The position numbers and the translations under genes were made by a program. The notes below the pieces were generated by a model. That model searched no databases. It was not told the DNA's origin and saw only the letters and a program-made list of their open reading frames with translations. A DNA stretch of 64,000 bases from Actinomycetota bacterium (lineage in GTDB: Bacteria > Actinomycetota > Rubrobacteria > Rubrobacterales > Rubrobacteraceae): the NCBI GenBank assembly GCA_004563715.1, contig SIRX01000021.1:1580-65579 (forward strand). The letters are read 5' to 3'. Positions 59,667 to 64,000 of the stretch are shown here, piece by piece. Within the stretch, counting starts at the first letter, position 1. Every line of letters begins with the position of its first letter.

Positions 59667-60917
59667 CTACTCCCTCCCCAGCCGGACCGCTATGCTCCGC
59701 GCGTGGTTCTCGAAGCCTTCGAGACGCGCCAGACGCTCGGCGTGCGGCCCCAGGTCCCGGAGCGCGTCGTGGGTGAAGTGCATGTAGTTGGTGCGGACGG
59801 TGAAGTCGTGGGTGCCCAGCGGAGAGGCCCAGGCGGCGGTGCCGGAGGTGGGCAGGGCGTGCGAGGGGCCGGCGGCGTAGTCGCTGAGGGCGATGGGGCT
59901 CCAGTCGCCGACGCCGACGAGGCCCGCCTCGCGCAGGTCGTTCAGGACGGCCTCGTGGTCCTCGGAGATAACGTGGGCGTGCTCCGGGGCGTAGAGGTTG
60001 GAGAGTTCGGCGGCGTGGCTCAGGTCCCGGACGTGGACCAGCTTCACCAGCTCCGCCGGCTCGCCGGTGAGCAGCGGTTCGACGGCCCGGATCAGCTCCT
60101 CGCTCGGGCTCAGCAGGATGGCCGACGCGCCCGAGAGGTGCTCGGCCTGGGCCATCAGGTCCGCGGCAACCCGCCCGGGGAAGGCCGAGGCGTCGGCGAT
60201 CACGATTATCTCGCTCGGCCCCTGCGGCGCGTCTATGCCGACAAAGCCGAAGACCTCCAGCTTGGCCGCCGTGACGTAGTCGTTGCCGGGGCCGACGATC
60301 TTGTTTACCGCCGGGACGCTCTCCGTGCCGTGCGCCATCGCCGCTACGGCCTGGGCGCCCCCGACGGCGTACACCTCGTCCAGGCCGAGCAGGCCCGCCA
60401 CGGCGAGCACCCACTCGCTTACGCGCCCGTTGGGCCCCGGAGGAGCGCAGACGCAGACCTCCTCCACCCCCGCGACCTGGGCCGGGACCGCCGACATTAT
60501 CAGGGTGCTCGGGTACGCCCCGTGGCCGCCGGGGACGTAGAGACCGGCCCGCCGCACGGGCCGCACCCGCTGCCCCGTCGTCGCCCCGTTGCGGCTCGTC
60601 TCCCAGGAGCGGTCCATCTCGCGCCGGTGGAAAAGACGGACGTTCTCCGCCGCCGCCACGAACGACTCCTCGGCCTCCGCCGGCAGCGCCTCCCGGGCGC
60701 GCCGGATCTCTCCCGGCGGCACCCGCAGCGGGTCCGGCCGCACGCCGTCGAAGCGCCCGGTGTACTCCAGGAGCGCCGCGTCGCCCCGCTCCCGCACGTC
60801 CTCGACGATCCCGCGGGCGGCGTCGCGCACCTCCGGGTAGAGAAAGCCGCCAGGACGCCGCAGCCCGCCGACGACCTCCCGGGCATCCCGGTCCCGCGCG
60901 TCGAGCCTTCTAGCCAC
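59667..60917 (-). CDS. hisD: Histidinol dehydrogenase
   Basis: Contains YVPGG.GAYPSTLIM, GGAQAVAAMA, GPGN.YVTAAK and AQAEH. Confidence 0.95.
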   Translation of the reverse strand: MARRLDARDRDAREVVGGLRRPGGFLYPEVRDAARGIVEDVRERGDAALLEYTGRFDGVRPDPLRVPPGEIRRAREALPAEAEESFVAAAENVRLFHRREMDRSWETSRNGATTGQRVRPVRRAGLYVPGGHGAYPSTLIMSAVPAQVAGVEEVCVCAPPGPNGRVSEWVLAVAGLLGLDEVYAVGGAQAVAAMAHGTESVPAVNKIVGPGNDYVTAAKLEVFGFVGIDAPQGPSEIIVIADASAFPGRVAADLMAQAEHLSGASAILLSPSEELIRAVEPLLTGEPAELVKLVHVRDLSHAAELSNLYAPEHAHVISEDHEAVLNDLREAGLVGVGDWSPIALSDYAAGPSHALPTSGTAAWASPLGTHDFTVRTNYMHFTHDALRDLGPHAERLARLEGFENHARSIAVRLGRE

Positions 60918-61569
60918 CGCCCACCCCCTGGGGTTGCTTCCGCGCCCGCATGGCGTCTACCACGGCGGCGACCTCGTCGTGACGGAGGCGGTAGGAGCCA
61001 CGGTTGGCGATGACCCGGGCCGTAGAGTAGGAGATGCTGTCCAGCACCACCAGGTTGTTCTCGCGCAGCGTCGTACCGGTGGCGGTGAGGTCCACGATGC
61101 ACTCGGAGAGGCCGACCAGCGGCGCCAGCTCGATAGAGCCGTGGAGCGCGATGACCTCCGCCTGACGCCCGAGGCCCTCGAAGTAGCGCCGGGCGGTGTT
61201 CGGGAACTTGGTCGCCACCCGCACCACCTCGGCGTGGGATATGGCCTCCCGCACCGCTCGGGCCTTCTCACCCGGGGCGGCCAGGACCATGCGGCAACCC
61301 CCGGTCCCCAGGTCCTTCAGCTCCATGACGTTGGGCTCCTGCTCCTCCAGCACGTCCTTGCCCACTATCCCGAGGTCGGCGGCCCCGTGCTCCACGAACA
61401 CCGGCACGTCCGAAGGCCGGCTCGTGATGAACTCCGTCCCCCCGGAGCGGTAGACTAGCCGCCGCCCGTTCTCGCGCAGCACGTCAACCGGCAGGCCCGC
61501 CGTCCCCAGGGCCGCCAGCGCGTCCTCGAAGATGGCCCCCTTCGGAACCGCGATCCTGAGCCTCCTCAC
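60910..61569 (-). CDS. hisG: ATP phosphoribosyltransferase, short (HisZ-dependent) form
   Basis: 219 aa with LRIAVPKG, DLGIVGKDVL and DLTATGTTLREN. It has no C-terminal regulatory domain. Confidence 0.9.
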   Translation of the reverse strand: MRRLRIAVPKGAIFEDALAALGTAGLPVDVLRENGRRLVYRSGGTEFITSRPSDVPVFVEHGAADLGIVGKDVLEEQEPNVMELKDLGTGGCRMVLAAPGEKARAVREAISHAEVVRVATKFPNTARRYFEGLGRQAEVIALHGSIELAPLVGLSECIVDLTATGTTLRENNLVVLDSISYSTARVIANRGSYRLRHDEVAAVVDAMRARKQPQGVGGG

Positions 61570-62807
61570 GCGTGCACCCTCTCTGCGACCTCTGGGACCG
61601 GCACCAGCTCGAACTCTCCGCCGCCGGTACGGGCGAGCTTGACCCCGTCCGGAGCCGGATAGCAGATCCAGGAAGCCTCGACCGAACGCGCGTACCGGCT
61701 TGCTTTCTCCGGGGAAGCATCCTCGGCCAGGTGGGAGACCTTCACGCCCGAACCGCGCAGGCCGTTGGCGGCCCGGGTGCTCTCCACGCCGCCCCCGACG
61801 AGGACAACGAGCGGTTCCGGCTCGCGGGCGGGCAGCACGGCGAGGAGGCGTTCGAGGGAGATGGCGAAGCCCGTGGCGGGCAGCGTCTCGCCAAAGCGCC
61901 TGAGCAGGTTATCGTAGCGGCCGCCGCTGGCGATGGTAAAGCCCAGGTCCGGCGAGTAAGCCTCGTAGACCGTGCCGGTGTAGTAGTTGTAGCGCCCGAT
62001 CAGGCCGAGGTCCAGGATCACCGCTTCCCGGCACCCGTACGCCTCCAGATGGGCGAGGGTCTCGCGCAGGTTCTCCAGCGCGGCGGCGGCCTCCTCACCC
62101 TCCGCGTACCGGGCGGCCTTCTCCAGAGTCGCGCCATCCGCCGCCGGCCCGACGATCCTCGGGATCTCCCGCGCCGCGGCGGCCACCTCGTCGGACAAGC
62201 CCGCAGATAGCTCGTCCACCCGCACCAAATCCTTGGCGGCCAGCGCCCCCAGAAGCTCCGGCGCGGCCTCCGGCGCCGCCCGGCGCAGGTACCCCTCGTA
62301 GAAGGCCGTCTGGCCGAGCACGACGGCGAAGCCTTCCTTCGGGCGCAGCCCGAGGTCCTGGAGAACGTCCACGAGCAGCGCGATGGCCCCGGCGTCCTCC
62401 GCCGGGCTCCGGGAGCCGACCACCTCGACCCCGGCCTGGTGGAACTCGGCGGCCTGTCCGCGCACGACGCCCGTCCGGCGGTAGACCGGCAGGCTGTAGG
62501 AGAGCTTGTGCGGCGGCGGGCTGTTGCGCAGCCGCTGGGCGACCAGCCGGGCCACCGGCGTGGTCACCTCGGGGCGCAGGATCAGCATCTGGTTGCCCTG
62601 GTCGAAGAGCTTGAACGACGCGTCCCGCAGGCGCGGCTCCTCGATGACCTCCGAGTACTCCAACGCGGGCGTCACCACCTCCCGGAACCCGAACGCCCGG
62701 AACCGCCGCAAAATGCGCGCCTGCACGTCCCACAAACGGGTTGACTCCGGCGGCAGGATGTCCCGCGTCCCGGGGGTGGTCGCCAGCTTTCTCGGTAGCT
62801 TTTTCAT
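61566..62807 (-). CDS. hisZ: ATP phosphoribosyltransferase regulatory subunit (HisRS paralogue)
   Basis: Contains PGTRDILP, LRPEVTTPVAR, AEFHQAGVE and GGRYDNL. I use ATG 62807. The track start at 62843 is a TTG without an RBS. Confidence 0.8.
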   Translation of the reverse strand: MKKLPRKLATTPGTRDILPPESTRLWDVQARILRRFRAFGFREVVTPALEYSEVIEEPRLRDASFKLFDQGNQMLILRPEVTTPVARLVAQRLRNSPPPHKLSYSLPVYRRTGVVRGQAAEFHQAGVEVVGSRSPAEDAGAIALLVDVLQDLGLRPKEGFAVVLGQTAFYEGYLRRAAPEAAPELLGALAAKDLVRVDELSAGLSDEVAAAAREIPRIVGPAADGATLEKAARYAEGEEAAAALENLRETLAHLEAYGCREAVILDLGLIGRYNYYTGTVYEAYSPDLGFTIASGGRYDNLLRRFGETLPATGFAISLERLLAVLPAREPEPLVVLVGGGVESTRAANGLRGSGVKVSHLAEDASPEKASRYARSVEASWICYPAPDGVKLARTGGGEFELVPVPEVAERVHA

Positions 62808-62851
62808 ACGGACCGCTATCTTAACCGATAGAACCCCGTCCAACGACCGCG

Positions 62852-63724
62852 CTACTCGAAGACCACCGTCCGGTTGCCGTCAACCAGAATGCGGTCTTCG
62901 AGGTGCCAGCGGACGGCGCGGGCGAGAACCCGGCGCTCGATGTCGCGGCCGAGGCGCACGAGGTCCTCGACCGTGTCGCGGTGGGTGACGTGGGAGACGT
63001 CCTGGTGGATGATGGGGCCGGCGTCGAGATCCTCGGTGACGTAATGGGCGGTGGCCCCGATCACTTTCACGCCCCGCTCGTGCGCCCGCTGGTAGGGGTC
63101 CGCCCCCACGAACGCCGGCAGGAACGAGTGGTGGATGTTGACGATCCGGTCCGGGTAGGCGCCGACGAAGGCCGGCGTGAGGACCTGCATGTAGCGCGCG
63201 AGCACCACGAGGTCTACCTCGTGCTCAGCCAGCAACTCCAGCACGGCGGCTTCCTGCTCCGCTTTGTTCGCCTTCGTCACCGGCATGTGGTGGTAGGGAA
63301 TGCCGTAGACCTCCGCCCGCAACGCCAGGTCCGGATGGTTGGAGACGACGAGCGGTATCTCGGCCGCAAGCTCCCCGGCGTCCCAGCGCCAGAGCAGGTC
63401 TATGAGGCAGTGGTCGTAGCGGGAGACCAGGATCGCCATCTTCCTGGGGGCGTCGGTGTGGCTCACGCGCCAGCGCATCCCTTGCCGCCGGGCCAGCGGG
63501 GCGAAGGCCCCGGCGAACTCCTCCCGCTCCAGGCCGAAGCCCTCGCCCTCGATCTCTAAACGCATAAAAAAGCGGCCCGCGTCGCTCACGTACTGGTCGG
63601 CGGAGAGGATGTTCCCGTCGTGCATCGCGATAAACGACGAGATCGCCGCTATAAGGCCCTTTTTGTCGGGACAGGATACGAGCAGCCGGACGTTGTAACC
63701 GGAGGTTGTTTCGTGCGCGGTCAT
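62852..63724 (-). CDS. purU: Formyltetrahydrofolate deformylase
   Basis: Has an N-terminal ACT-like part [16 protein letters not shown], then SNH.., [25 protein letters not shown] and LD.GPII. Confidence 0.9.
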   Translation of the reverse strand: MTAHETTSGYNVRLLVSCPDKKGLIAAISSFIAMHDGNILSADQYVSDAGRFFMRLEIEGEGFGLEREEFAGAFAPLARRQGMRWRVSHTDAPRKMAILVSRYDHCLIDLLWRWDAGELAAEIPLVVSNHPDLALRAEVYGIPYHHMPVTKANKAEQEAAVLELLAEHEVDLVVLARYMQVLTPAFVGAYPDRIVNIHHSFLPAFVGADPYQRAHERGVKVIGATAHYVTEDLDAGPIIHQDVSHVTHRDTVEDLVRLGRDIERRVLARAVRWHLEDRILVDGNRTVVFE

Positions 63725-63793
63725 AGCCGGAGGGGATTCTCCTACACGGCCTCCGCACTGGCAAGAGCGCCGCCGGGGCTTTAGATTTCAACC

Positions 63794-64000
63794 ATGGGAC
63801 CGACGCGACGACCGAGAGACATAATCCAGACCCTCCTGTACATGACCGGGGAGGAGCGCCGGCTATTTGACCGGGCGGCGCCCGCCGCCGCCCCGGAGCT
63901 GGCCGCCCTGCCCGCCCGCGACCAGGACATCTTCATGGCGCGGCTGGCCCACTACTGGCGAGACCTCTACAGCGGGCTCAAGGGTCCTTACGGGGAGTTG
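63794..64000 (+). CDS. 5' part of a plus-strand gene running off the window. The N-terminus is faintly reminiscent of amylosucrase-type GH13 enzymes.
   Basis: ATG 63794, open to nt 64000 (69 codons): MGPTRRPRDIIQTLLYMTGEERRLFDRAAP...FMARLAHYWRDLYSGLKGPYGEL. High GC3. The family guess is weak. Confidence 0.3.
   Translation, partial: MGPTRRPRDIIQTLLYMTGEERRLFDRAAPAAAPELAALPARDQDIFMARLAHYWRDLYSGLKGPYGEL

Noticed and set aside
1-64000. Search for CRISPR arrays, tRNA/rRNA genes, prophage or IS elements
   Set aside because: Reading the intergenic regions, I saw no short spaced repeats, no cloverleaf-like or rRNA-like segments, and no integrase, transposase or capsid-like ORFs. All gaps longer than 60 nt were inspected individually.

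Overview
GC-rich bacterial chromosomal window (about two-thirds or more G+C by eye, not computed). It is probably from a high-GC, thermophile-like actinobacterium; Rubrobacter-like is only my guess. I call about 66 protein genes, almost all on the minus strand. They are packed so tightly that start and stop codons usually overlap (ATGA/GTGA/TTGA). No rRNA, tRNA, CRISPR array, transposase or integrase was seen.

Contents from left to right:
(1) 1-7081: a defence-island-type operon. It holds a SNF2/DUF3883 helicase, an MNT/HEPN toxin-antitoxin pair and a DUF1156 DNA methyltransferase that runs off the left edge. The operon is rearranged by a 105-bp near-perfect direct repeat that brackets a decayed NYN gene and a promoter/hairpin/terminator module.
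(2) 7276-10933: a LarA-like gene, a MOSC gene, a MarR gene with a Cys-rich tail, and a single-domain protoglobin.
(3) 11031-15107: a lipid-type operon of plsY, a fatty-acyl reductase fused to a HAD-IB phosphatase, and a Zn-ADH.
(4) 15268-36770: a roughly 21-kb, 19-gene cobalamin operon behind one promoter and one cobalamin riboswitch. It starts with cbtB and cbtA and contains both CbiX and CobN/ChlID chelatases.
(5) A multicopper oxidase followed by a small Cys-rich, degenerate receiver-like protein.
(6) rplM-rpsI-glmM-DUF429-hisF-hisIE-trpE as one overlapping gene chain.
(7) Assorted housekeeping and accessory genes: lipid kinase, GNAT, alpha/beta hydrolase, NDH-2, thioredoxin-like ferredoxin, malic enzyme, a TetR/SDR divergent pair and PBP1A.
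(8) hisZ-hisG-hisD-GNAT-hisB-hisH-hisA, then purU and the start of one more plus-strand gene.

Many long ORFs in the supplied track are alternate-frame artefacts of the high GC content. Several real genes are 5'-over-extended in the track and were trimmed using stop/start overlaps and Shine-Dalgarno sequences. All family assignments come from motifs I recognised by eye. No database search was run.
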